A DNA stretch of 64,000 nt from an uncultured Gemmatimonadales bacterium (GCA_963707505.1 CAVPQB010000004.1:992001-1056000); one strand, 5' to 3'. Positions 1 to 9,883 are shown, counted from the stretch's first letter. A program made the numbers and translations. Notes: generated by a model not told the origin, from the letters alone.

Positions 1-524
1 TCACGGACGTCCACTTCCACGACCTCGGCAAGCTGTGCTTCGCGTTCACCGCGTTCTGGGGTTATCTGACCTTCGGCCAGTACCTGGTTATCTGGTACGG
101 CAACCTCGGTGAGGAAACGCACTGGGCTCGTCTGCGGCTGATCGCGCCGTGGAGCTGGATCACGATGACTGTGGTCGCACTTATGTTCGTGCTGCCGTTC
201 TTTGGTCTGCTGTCGCGCGCAGCAAAGGTGTATCTACCAACGATGGCGTTCTTCGCCGCATGTCTCGTCGTGGGCCTTTAGCTGCATCGGTATGACGAGA
301 TCTATCCGTCCATCTATGGTGTAAGAGTGGACGGTACGCTGCCATTCGGCCTCTGGGAGATCGCCATCACCGCTGGATTCCTCGGAATCTGGGGCCTGTG
401 CTACATCGCGTTCATGGACGCGTTCCCGCGCATGCGTGTGGTGCTGATGACGTCGCCGTTCCGCGACGAGGTACAGGTGCCGGTGAATCCCAAGACGATG
501 GACCCCCTCCCGGCGCACGAGTAG
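1..524 (+). CDS. actF: 3' part of alternative complex III ActF-like (NrfD-family) membrane subunit; in-frame TAG at 279-281
   Basis: Frame from base 3 reads HDLGKLCFAFTAFWGYLTFGQYLVIWYGNLGEE (ActF-type motif) and continues in frame past the TAG into ORF 327..524. Confidence 0.75.
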
Positions 525-542
525 CGTCCTCGATTAAATTCC

Positions 543-570
543 GTGGTTCGCGCCCCGTGGCGCGAACCAC
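543..570. terminator. 12-bp perfect hairpin between convergent genes
   Basis: GTGGTTCGCGCC-ccgt-GGCGCGAACCAC. Confidence 0.55.
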
Positions 571-651
571 CAGGGGGCTTCGTTCAACGGTAGGACATCG
601 CCTTTGCAAGGCGAGAATAAGGGTTCGATTCCCTTAGCCTCCACTGCCGCA

Positions 652-1662
652 CTACGTATTGTCGCCGAATCGCCTCGCGCTCTTTCCCAGCGAAGCGACC
701 AACCGCGCGCTCGCGTCGGGAGCGAGCGACGCCGTCACTCCCCGCTCGGCGGCTGAGATTCGGTCGTGCAGACGAGCAAAGAGCAACGACAGCGAAGCGT
801 CAAACGGCGAATCAGCAGTGACGCGCGTGAAGTCCATCGCGCCGCTCGGCCGGTATACCAACTCGCTCGCCACGAGTGCCGTACGCTGGGCGGCGACCGA
901 CGTCACCTCGCGCGCAACGCGATGTGCAAGTAGTTGCGCATCCCTCAACTCTCCGACGACATCCTGGAATCGCGCAAGCTCGTCCGCAACAGATGCGAGC
1001 TCCGGGGCCTGCGCCGATAATGCCTCCAGCACGTAGCGCGCACGCTTCGCCAGAATGCGCGCACGATGCAAGCGTCTGGCGTCATCCGCTGAGCGAATAC
1101 GATCGAACGCCGCCGCGAGAGCGGAAACCTGATCGCCGAGGAGCGACGCCGTCACCGCTCGCATCGAGGCAACACCGTCGCCATCGCGAACGTCATGCAC
1201 CGTGACGTAACGGCTCAGCTCCTTTCGGACCGCTCGTTCCGTGTTCACGAACTCGCGTCGCAGCAACTTCTGCAATTTTCGCCACACTGGCTTGCGGTCG
1301 CGCTTCAACTCCGCAACGATCCATGTCGCAGCCTCGAGACGGGAATCGCCCAGCGCGTTCCGCTCCGACCTCAGCCAAGCGATCTGGACATCGAGATCGC
1401 GAAGCTCTCTCGTGGCATCTGCGATTCTCTTCAGTCGACGACGAGTGCGTTTCCGAAGGGTGTCGCCAAGGCACGGCCGATACAGATGTATCCACGACCT
1501 GAGGCGCCTGAGGGCCACGCGGAAGTCATGAATCGAGTCGGCGTCGCGACGACGGATCCTGTCGTATGTGTCGGCGACGGCGTCGAGCGTGCGAAGGCCC
1601 ACGACGCGGGCTGCGCGCTGTGCACCGTCGGTGTTGGCATCCCAGTCGAGTCTTGGCGTCAT
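652..1662 (-). CDS. CHAD domain protein (polyphosphate-binding family)
   Basis: IHDFRVALRRLRS, LRDLDV, LHRARILAKRARY, QDVVGELRD motifs. Confidence 0.9.
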   Translation of the reverse strand: MTPRLDWDANTDGAQRAARVVGLRTLDAVADTYDRIRRRDADSIHDFRVALRRLRSWIHLYRPCLGDTLRKRTRRRLKRIADATRELRDLDVQIAWLRSERNALGDSRLEAATWIVAELKRDRKPVWRKLQKLLRREFVNTERAVRKELSRYVTVHDVRDGDGVASMRAVTASLLGDQVSALAAAFDRIRSADDARRLHRARILAKRARYVLEALSAQAPELASVADELARFQDVVGELRDAQLLAHRVAREVTSVAAQRTALVASELVYRPSGAMDFTRVTADSPFDASLSLLFARLHDRISAAERGVTASLAPDASARLVASLGKSARRFGDNT

Positions 1663-1798
1663 TCAATAGTTTCCCAACCCCAATGATACTGTTTTCCCGA
1701 CCCGGACGTGGCTGCGACAGCCCAAACTACGTATTGGTTTCGGTCACGGGCGCTTCGCGACCCGTTGCGCTCGCCCCGCCCGCATCTTATTTCGCACG

Positions 1799-2209
1799 AT
1801 GGCAGATCGTATCCGCATTTCCAACGCGGCATCGCGCCGCGTCATCACCGGCACCACCCTGATTCTGGGTGCGGCCGGCGTCGTACTCATCTTCGCACCA
1901 ACTGAGCTCGCCAACTCGATCGGCGCGCCGCATGCAAGGGTAATAACCATCCTTCTGCAGCTGTACGGAGCCGCGCTGTTCGGACTGGCAATGACCGGAT
2001 GGATGGTCCGAGGCGCGATCGTCGGCGGGGTCTTTGGCCGCTCATACGTCGTGGGGAACGCGGCCCACGCGTTGGTGGGGGCGTTCACACTGGCCAGGCC
2101 GGCTCTGGAGGCGGGCGCGGCGCCGCTCCTGCAGATATTTGCCGGGATCTACTGGCTACTTGCCTTGACCTTCGGCTACTTAATGTTCGTAGCGACCCCG
2201 CGTTCGTAA
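1799..2209 (+). CDS. hypothetical four-TM membrane protein
   Basis: 136 aa, four hydrophobic segments. Confidence 0.7.
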   Translation: MADRIRISNAASRRVITGTTLILGAAGVVLIFAPTELANSIGAPHARVITILLQLYGAALFGLAMTGWMVRGAIVGGVFGRSYVVGNAAHALVGAFTLARPALEAGAAPLLQIFAGIYWLLALTFGYLMFVATPRS

Positions 2210-2257
2210 AACGGTGTCGAGGAACCGGTCGGGCACGAACGAGGAGACTGAGCGAAA

Positions 2258-2374
2258 ATGAGTCGGCGGCAACCGTCCGGAAAGGGACCTAAGCGAAAAA
2301 GCGACAATATCGTCATCCTGTACGCCATCGTCTTCTGCATCGTGCTGGTGGTGTACATCCGTTACATCATGTGA
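2258..2374 (+). CDS. small single-TM protein (38 aa), absent from the ORF track
   Basis: MSRRQPSGKGPKRKSDNIVILYAIVFCIVLVVYIRYIM; GAGGAG at 2241-2246; stop overlaps next GTG (GTGA). Confidence 0.55.
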   Translation: MSRRQPSGKGPKRKSDNIVILYAIVFCIVLVVYIRYIM

Positions 2375-2859
2375 TCCCAACCCCCATGCAAATCCAGAAT
2401 CAGCCAGTACCTGCCGTTGGATCCATCGCCCCCGACTTCACACTCGGCTCGACGTCCGGGCAGCAGGTAACCCTGTCATCGTCGCGCGGAAAGAACGCGG
2501 TGCTGATCGCCTTCTTTCCGCTCGCCTTTACGAGCACGTGCACGGCAGAGCTCTGTGAGTTCTCGGACGACTACGACGAGTTTGTGCGCGCCGGAGTGGT
2601 GGTGCTGCCGATTTCTGTCGATTCCGTACCGACGCTCAAGGAGTTCAAGGCCAAGCATCACATGAAGACTGATCTGTTGTCGGACTTCAAGCGCGATGCC
2701 GGGCAGGCGTACGGCGTGATGTGGCAGGATGCGTTCTTTACGAACCGTGCATACTTTCTGATCGACAAGAACGGTGTGGTGCGGTGGGAGCACGTCGAGG
2801 AAACGCCGAGTGGAAAGCGGAGCAACGCGGAGATATTGGCGGAGATCGCGAAGCTATAA
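2371..2859 (+). CDS. peroxiredoxin, AhpC/TSA family (AhpE-like)
   Basis: APDFTL, FFPLAFTSTCTAELC, LLSDF, RAYFLIDKNGVVRW; start may be ATG 2386. Confidence 0.9.
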   Translation: MIPTPMQIQNQPVPAVGSIAPDFTLGSTSGQQVTLSSSRGKNAVLIAFFPLAFTSTCTAELCEFSDDYDEFVRAGVVVLPISVDSVPTLKEFKAKHHMKTDLLSDFKRDAGQAYGVMWQDAFFTNRAYFLIDKNGVVRWEHVEETPSGKRSNAEILAEIAKL

Positions 2860-2876
2860 CGCGAAAAGGGGGGTCA

Positions 2877-2939
2877 GGAAAATGGGGTCAGAGTGGTGTT
2901 TTCTGCTTCTCAGAAAACACCACTCTGACCCCATTTTCC
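2877..2939. repeat. 29-bp perfect inverted repeat with 5-nt loop (REP/REPIN-like; possible bidirectional terminator)
   Basis: GGAAAATGGGGTCAGAGTGGTGTTTTCTG-cttct-CAGAAAACACCACTCTGACCCCATTTTCC. Confidence 0.9.
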
Positions 2940-2946
2940 GCGGTTC

Positions 2947-5900
2947 CTAGCTTCCCAGCTGGAACATCCTGATCTGAATCTTCTCCTTTGCCTTGTACAG
3001 CAGCGACGGTATCCCAGGCAACAGTTTTAGTTGGATTGGACTGAGTATTTTCGGCAACGTCCGCTGTACGTCGAGGCGCGAGATTTCCCACCCTTCATCG
3101 ACGGCCGCCTCCTGTTTCTTCAACGCTTCCGTCGGATTGTAGTCGTCGCCGAGGCCCGCAAGGTATTCGCTGAGTGCGGTCCATACGCTGTCGATACGCT
3201 GCCTGTACGCGGTGTCCGCCTTCTGAAGCGCCTCCGCCTGATCGCGACTCAGTAGAAGCGAATCCGATTCCTCCAGGATCGATGCGTATGGATCAGGCAC
3301 GTTGCGCGCGTAGCGACGCTTCAGCTCCGCCACTGAAAGCCGAGGTCCCTTGCGCCCGTTGCGCCCTGGTTTGAGCCATCGGTTGAGGATCTGCTGCGGC
3401 AGCGGGCGGCCGACGCTGAGCGAAACATCGATGGACACACGGAACGGAACTCGCAACAGCGTGTTGCTCGGCCGAGTATTCCCGAATCGCGGATTGACCG
3501 CGTAGCTGAATCGATCAGTTGCCAGGGTCGAACGCGGTCGGCCTGTAGAGAACGGGATCCGGAAATGCCGGTGTTCCCCATCCGCGCAGATGGTTGGCGC
3601 CGTGCAGCAACTGATCGAGGCCCACCAAGCGGATTGGACACGGCGAGCGAGATGCTGCCGTACTGATTCGTGATCGGCAGCTTCCCGCTATATGACAGCT
3701 GTGCGTTGAGCGAAGTGGTCCACGGTCCTTCGCAGCTGTTCCTGCCTGCGGCGCGATCCATCTGCCGTGTAAGACAATCACGAACGCTTCGCGAGGAATT
3801 CGGGAGCAGCGTGCGCGTCGCGCTCGCGAGCGAGGCATCGGTGCTCGTCGCCGGATTGAAGATGAACGCGCGATCGTTCGCAAGACCATCACCGTTGACG
3901 TCGCCACCGACCATCGGAGTGAAGGGAAGTCCTGACTGCAGGCGACCGAAGAAGGTCAGCGCAACTCGCTTGAATGTGTAGCCGCCCTGTAAAAGAAGCT
4001 GATGCCGCACATCGAGATCGCCGCGGGCCCACTCGCGTGCGACAGGAGTGCCGAACGTCGCGCCGTCGAAACCACTCTCGCGAGCTCGTGTGTCAGCGAG
4101 AGTGTAGTTGATCCCGAAGAACCAGTCGGAGATACCACTCAGCTCCGGCGAAAGTGACAGCGTAACCTGTTTGCTCCGTGACGTCAGCGTGGACACGTTT
4201 TCGATGACGTGTCCGAACAGTGGCGATACGCGCGCCTGGACGGTCGATAGCGCCCCGCTTGCCGGAACGATGCTCGCCGGGATCGACGAATACGGGTCGT
4301 CCTTCGCCGGCGAGCGTGAATCTCGGAGTGTTGGCGAAGTTGACATCCGTGCGTCCGGGCTGATTCAGATTGAGCGAGTACAGGCCTTCGATCGAGTACG
4401 TGAGCAGCTTGTAGCTCGATGAGTACGCAAGATTGCCGCGCCAGCTTCGCGGCGCCGTGTAGCCCGGGTCAAACAGTTGAACCGATGGCGCGGCGTCAGT
4501 GAACACAGGTGTGGCGCCGCCGAGACACTGCGTAGGTATGGTCGCGGGATCTGCGAGATACTGACTCCAGTCGGGGATGGGCGTCGCGACGCCGACGCAT
4601 GTCAGTGATTGCAGTCCGTTCGGCAGGCCGGTTGCGACGGATGCATTGGTGAGAAGATTCGCAGGCAGGATGTTGCGGAATTCACCGATTCCGCCTCGTA
4701 CGTAGCTGGTCGGGCCGATATGGAATTCACCGATCCGGTTGAAGCGTGATTCCGGTCGCCGCGCGGTTTTCTGATCCATGTGAACCCGATTCGCGGACTG
4801 AGGTGAACCGTGTTTGGTGCATGATCGGTGCGTAATCCGAATGTGGACTGCACAGCAGGATTGAACTCCGGCGCCGACAGGTAGTGATTCGCCTCGAGTC
4901 GTGCTCCGTACATTACCTGAAAGGTAGAAGAACTTCGCCAGAGATCCCCGAGCGCGACGTAGCCATTCCAGACTGATCCGTGCAGCGTCGGTGCATTCAG
5001 TGAGCGCGTGAAACTCGATGGTTGATTGCTGGCAAGCTCGCCAAGCGAGTTGAACGCAAACGACCCGAAGGCGTTCGCATTCGTCTCCTGGCGGATCCCG
5101 TCGATGCGAGAATCAGCGTCCAGCTTGACGCGATGTGTCTCGCGCCCGTGCGCATAGAACTGGGTCATGCTCGTCGTTTCCCAGGTCCACTGCCGGGTGT
5201 TGCTGAGCATGGTGCTATTCCCGCCGAACGCGAGCGACGTCAAGCCGCCAGTGCCATCCGGAAACGAAGAGCCCACGAGCACACTTCCGTCCGGAAGAGC
5301 GAGGTATGGCGTCGACCTGTTTCGCGAGAACGTGAACCCACTGCGCTCCTCGTTCAGGTAGTCGCCATGCAGATACGTCGAGAACAGCGCCTGCAGCATG
5401 CCGATCCCCTGCGATGTCGAGGCGCCGTGCGCTGCGACGGCTGTGGGGCTGATCGCAGCGGCGTTATCGCTCGCCAATTTTCCGTATGCCAGCAGCCCCC
5501 AACTGGTGCGAGCGGGCTGGAAGGTGTTCCAGTTGTACGGTGCGTGATCGATTCGCGCAATGAACGATGCGTTCTGCATGATATGCGACGATGGGACAGC
5601 GCCGTTACGTAACGGAACTCCAGCCGCTGACAACACATTGAACAATCGCGCCGCCGAGTCAGCCGAGACGCCAGCGTGTTGCAGCAAGTCAGGCGCCGCA
5701 TTGGAGAGGGATACTGCGTCGGCGCTGCGACGCCCTGCCTGCAGGCCGTAGTTGTACACGAAATTGTCGTCGTCTAGTGCGCCGTCACCACCAAAGCTCG
5801 CAATGCCGTTGGTGAAGCGCTGGCCCATCCGCGCCGACACCGGGTCGGTGTATTGCAGCACCGGTGCATCCAGCGTGACGTGCGCTCGACGGGTTGCGAA

Positions 5901-6647
5901 TAGACTCCCGCTGGATAGCTCGACATTTTCATTGAGTCCGCCGAACCAGCCGCGTGCCGGATCGTAGGTAGAGCTCGATACGCGTACGCTGGTTCGCGCA
6001 TCGCGCGGTACATCGGCGCCGGCGAATGCCATTCCGTTGATAGTTGTCGAGTTCTGTCCGCCGATGCCACCAACCGAGAGACCGGCCGGCGTGGACGCGA
6101 TTCCCGGAATCGTGGCACCGATCGCCGCGAGATCGCCAGCCTGGTCCGGCGACACCGCACCGTTAACGCCGCCGGCGATCTGTTCCGAGGCGCCGGTTTC
6201 GAGTCCGAATAATGGTTCGCGTGAGGGAGTCGGTTTCTCTTTCGCCTTGACCTTCACCGCTGCGAGCTGCTGAACCCCGGTCCGCAGGAGAGTTGCGTCC
6301 ACAACGAATACGGAATCAGATCCGACACGGGTGACACGCTTCCGGTACGTGCTGTATCCAACGGCGGAGATATGTACCAGGTAGTCACCCGTACCGTTCG
6401 CAAACTCCATCGAGTAGTGGCCTGCGCTGTCTGTCGTGGTAGCGCGTGACAGACGATCTGGCGCCATCGTGATGATGATGTCGGCAGCGGCGAGGGCCTT
6501 CCCACTGTCGGTTGTTACGGTGCCTCGAATTGTGTCGTGATGTGCCTGTGCGCCGCACGGGACGGCCCACAGAGTCGCGATAATCAATCCGAATAGGGTC
6601 CTGCCTGAAGAAAAGGTTCGTCTGATTTGCAATGGATGATCCGTCAT
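2947..6647 (-). CDS. TonB-dependent receptor-like outer-membrane protein (~1200 aa) with N-terminal carboxypeptidase-regulatory-like domain; split by about 4 frameshifts
   Basis: Signal peptide, IRGTVTTDSG/TDSAGHY/GDYLVHISAVGY, SPRIGFTW, QSGLPFTP, GDVNGDGLAND; joins ORFs 4602..6647, 4093..4779, 3321..4346, 3515..3907, 2947..3456. Confidence 0.8.
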
Positions 6648-8245
6648 TGCGGATCTTTGGTGATCTCGAAGGTGAATGGCTGCTGCACAAGTTGCTTAAC
6701 ATGCCGCCCGCCTATTTCTGCTGGCGCAAATCTCATGTTCGGTAGCGCAGTACGAACTGCGAACGCAAATGCAGGGTCGGTCGCTGACGTTATCGTCACC
6801 ATGTCCGGCTCGACATGTCCCAGCGTGTCCACGACGAACTCGGCGTGCACCTCGCCTCCGATACCAGCAGCCCGCAAACTATCCGGATAAACGGGAGTGA
6901 CCGTCGTTGGCAGCATGCGTGCGGGCCTTTCTACCTGAAAGCCGAAGTAAGTCATATCGCGCGGTTTCACGCGAGTTGGTCGCGCAACCAGTCCAGCCGG
7001 GCTTCGCGTTTCCATTCGACGAAGATCCTGAAGCTGCGCTCTCATGTCATCGATCCGGAATCGCGTGCCGCTCAGCGCTCGCATCTGAGCCGCCAGGGCC
7101 CGATCGACCGCGCGCAGGCTATCGTTCTCCGCTTTCAGAACGGCGAGACTGTCCGCCCGACGTTTTGTGCCGGTGTCGGCGCGCGTCAGGGACGCTCGAG
7201 CGGTCGCGACGTGCGACGCTTGACGCGTGGATGTCGTACCGCTGTAGTGCGACGGAACGGATGGGACGGGTGTCGTGAATGCGGCCGTAATCGCAACAAC
7301 TGCGGCCAGCCCGCCTCCGATCGCGCCGCGAATCCCCGCTGCGCGACTTCTCGTCATCGCGCGCAATCTGAGCTCCAGCTCCGACGGCAACCTCAGCAGC
7401 GCGACCATCGGAATCGCAAGCAGCCCGCTGTTCCGGCCTCGCGCCGCCACCTCAAGGAGGACATGGCCGTAATCCCTGGCGCTCGGATATTGCTTCAGCA
7501 CCCGCATGTCGCAATCCAGCTCGATCGCGCGTCGAAGCCTTGCCGCGCACCACCACAGTCCCACGTTCCACGGCATCAGGACCAATGCGGCGATCGCAAC
7601 CATCAACCGCTCAGGATCGTGTGCCCTGATATGCTCGCCCTCGTGCGCGAGGACCAACCGTCGATAGTCCGGCTGCATTGTCGTTGCCCACGACGGCAGC
7701 ACGATTCGGTGTGAAAAGAAGCCAACCACCGCGGGACCGGTCACCGTGGATACATCTATGCCGATACCATCGAGCGTCGTTCGTCGCCACGACCGCTGCG
7801 CGCGTCGCCAGTAGAGGACGCCGACCGCAAGCCACGCGAGCAACGACATCGATAGCAGTATCCAGAAGACTACGGCGACCGTTGCAAAGTCGTGAGCAAA
7901 ACGTGTCACCGCAGCCCGTAATGCGCGTCGCGAGGGCGCTATCAGTCGAATGAGCGCGTCTCGCCCGATGAGCCAGGAGCTGTGTTGCACGACGGAGCGT
8001 CCCGAGCTTACGATGATCGTCGCCAACACATCGGCGCGGCCAGCCGCGGTTCCTGGTGTCGCAGTTCGCTCCCTGAACGCGTGCATGCCGAGCGTGCCCA
8101 AAGGCGCGAGCACCGCCAGTACGATCGCTACCGTCCAGAAGTGACGCGCTGCGCCGCGCCCTTGCATCCCCCATTCAACAGCGGCAGCAGCTCCGGCGAG
8201 CAGCAGTGTGAACAGACCGATGTATGCGAATACCGTGGGGCTCAT
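6644..8245 (-). CDS. BlaR1/MecR1-like M56 metallopeptidase fused to a C-terminal TonB domain
   Basis: GPAVVG...IVLP, HEGEH (HExxH), PWNVGLWW, IELDCD; C-terminal YPDSLRAAGIGGEVHAEFVVD...QPFTF. Confidence 0.92.
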   Translation of the reverse strand: MSPTVFAYIGLFTLLLAGAAAAVEWGMQGRGAARHFWTVAIVLAVLAPLGTLGMHAFRERTATPGTAAGRADVLATIIVSSGRSVVQHSSWLIGRDALIRLIAPSRRALRAAVTRFAHDFATVAVVFWILLSMSLLAWLAVGVLYWRRAQRSWRRTTLDGIGIDVSTVTGPAVVGFFSHRIVLPSWATTMQPDYRRLVLAHEGEHIRAHDPERLMVAIAALVLMPWNVGLWWCAARLRRAIELDCDMRVLKQYPSARDYGHVLLEVAARGRNSGLLAIPMVALLRLPSELELRLRAMTRSRAAGIRGAIGGGLAAVVAITAAFTTPVPSVPSHYSGTTSTRQASHVATARASLTRADTGTKRRADSLAVLKAENDSLRAVDRALAAQMRALSGTRFRIDDMRAQLQDLRRMETRSPAGLVARPTRVKPRDMTYFGFQVERPARMLPTTVTPVYPDSLRAAGIGGEVHAEFVVDTLGHVEPDMVTITSATDPAFAFAVRTALPNMRFAPAEIGGRHVKQLVQQPFTFEITKDPQ

Positions 8246-8613
8246 TTCGGATCCTCCTCCAGTCGCTCATCCAGAAGCGTGCGCAGGCGCCGCAGCGTTG
8301 CGTCGTCCAGCTCGCGATCCGATACCAGCTGCGTGAGAAGTCTCTCCGGAGACCCACGGAAGAATTGCCCAATCACGCGATCTATCGCACTCGAGCTCGC
8401 TTCTTCACGATCGATCAGCGCGGCGTAGCGATGCGCGCGCCCCTCGGCTTCGCGGGCAACGTGTCCTTTCTCCTCCAGTACGCGCAACAGAGTAAGGATC
8501 GTGGTATACGCCGATCCGTCGCTGAGTGCGTCCCGCACCTCGGCAACGGTACTCGGCCCGCGCTCCCACAGCACGGTCATGAGCTCGATCTCTCGTGGGG
8601 TAAGCCGCTGCAT
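8242..8613 (-). CDS. BlaI/MecI/CopY family repressor
   Basis: LTPREIELMTVLWE, AYTTILTLLRVLEEKG, FFRGS; GGAGGAG RBS. Confidence 0.95.
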   Translation of the reverse strand: MQRLTPREIELMTVLWERGPSTVAEVRDALSDGSAYTTILTLLRVLEEKGHVAREAEGRAHRYAALIDREEASSSAIDRVIGQFFRGSPERLLTQLVSDRELDDATLRRLRTLLDERLEEDPK

Positions 8614-8626
8614 CCGGGTCTCCTCC

Positions 8627-8679
8627 TACTAAGAGTCTAGTACTATGGTTATAGTACGATATTCAGATCAGAACGTCAA
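8627..8679 (-). promoter_or_regulatory. sigma70 promoter of blaI operon overlapped by tandem BlaI-type operator
   Basis: Minus strand TTGACG (8679-8674), 17 nt, TACTAT (8656-8651); TACTA-N6-TAGTA at 8627-8642 and 8641-8656. Confidence 0.75.
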
Positions 8680-8773
8680 GAGGTCACAATAGTGGTGTCA
8701 CGCTTGTGGCAGATGACGGAGCCGAGCCGGAACTGATGCCCAGTTCCCAAAATGCAGGCTACTTTCTACTGCC

Positions 8774-9883
8774 ATGAGACATCCTCGAGCCAGCGCCGTG
8801 CTTCCGTTTGCGACGTTACTCCTTCTCGCGACTCCACCGATCGCGCTTGGGCAGTCGGCTCATCGCACACGCAACGTCGTCCTCGTAGTGTCCGACGGCC
8901 TCCGCTGGCAGGAGATCTTTCAGGGCGCAGACAGTCAGCTGCTGAATAAGAAATTCGGCCACGTAGAGGATACGGCCGCTCTGCGTCGACAGTTCTCACG
9001 CGGCAATTCGGATTCCTCTCGCGTGGCGCTGTTCCCATTTCTGTGGAATGTCGTGGCGAAACAGGGCGAGATCTTCGGCAATCGCACGATGCAGAGCGAC
9101 GCGGACGTCACCAACGGATTCAAGTTCTCGTATCCGGGCTACAACGAGATGATCAGCGGTCATCCCGATCCGCGCATCAACAGCAACAATGCGGGACCCA
9201 ATCCGAATCTCTCGGTATTCGAATGGCTCAACACACTTCCCCGTTTCGCCGGGCGTGTCGCAGTCTTTGGAACTTGGAACGAGTTTGCGGACATCTTCAA
9301 TCGCGGCCGCAGTCATCTTCCGATCTGGGCGGCCTTCGATCCGCCGCCGACCGCGACACCGCCAACGGCGCGCGATTCATTGCTCGTCAATCTGTACGGC
9401 ACCACCACGCGCCTCTGGAGTGACCTCGCCTACGATTCATTCATGCAGGCCGAAGTGCGCGAATACGTTGCGCGCTCCCATCCGCGCGTGATGTTCGTCG
9501 GATACGGCGAGACCGACGAGTGGGCCCACATGGGCCGCTACGACATGGTGCTCGCGTCGGCACATCAGTTCGACCAGTTCGTCGGTGATCTGTGGAACGC
9601 CATGCAACAGATGCCGCAGTATCGCGACTCGACCACGTTCATCATCACAGCAGATCATGGCCGAGGCAGCGGACTCACCGCGTGGACCGACCACGGTGCA
9701 GACGTCGCCGGTGCAGAAGCGATATGGATTGCGGTCATCGGTCCGGACACGCCGGCGCGCGGCGAGCGCATGCACATCACCCGCGTAACTCAATCGCAGA
9801 TCGCGGCGACCATCGCAAGCCTGCTCGACGAGAACTATTCCGCGGCTGTTCCGGCCGTAGCTCCGCCACTTCCCGTGCGTTGA
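8774..9883 (+). CDS. secreted alkaline-phosphatase-superfamily metalloenzyme
   Basis: Signal peptide; VSDGLRWQE, FSYPGYNE, ETDEWAH, TADHGRG, DHG. Confidence 0.85.
   Translation: MRHPRASAVLPFATLLLLATPPIALGQSAHRTRNVVLVVSDGLRWQEIFQGADSQLLNKKFGHVEDTAALRRQFSRGNSDSSRVALFPFLWNVVAKQGEIFGNRTMQSDADVTNGFKFSYPGYNEMISGHPDPRINSNNAGPNPNLSVFEWLNTLPRFAGRVAVFGTWNEFADIFNRGRSHLPIWAAFDPPPTATPPTARDSLLVNLYGTTTRLWSDLAYDSFMQAEVREYVARSHPRVMFVGYGETDEWAHMGRYDMVLASAHQFDQFVGDLWNAMQQMPQYRDSTTFIITADHGRGSGLTAWTDHGADVAGAEAIWIAVIGPDTPARGERMHITRVTQSQIAATIASLLDENYSAAVPAVAPPLPVR

Noticed and set aside
6644..8613. Beta-lactam resistance locus
   Set aside because: No penicillin-binding sensor domain and no beta-lactamase or PBP gene nearby
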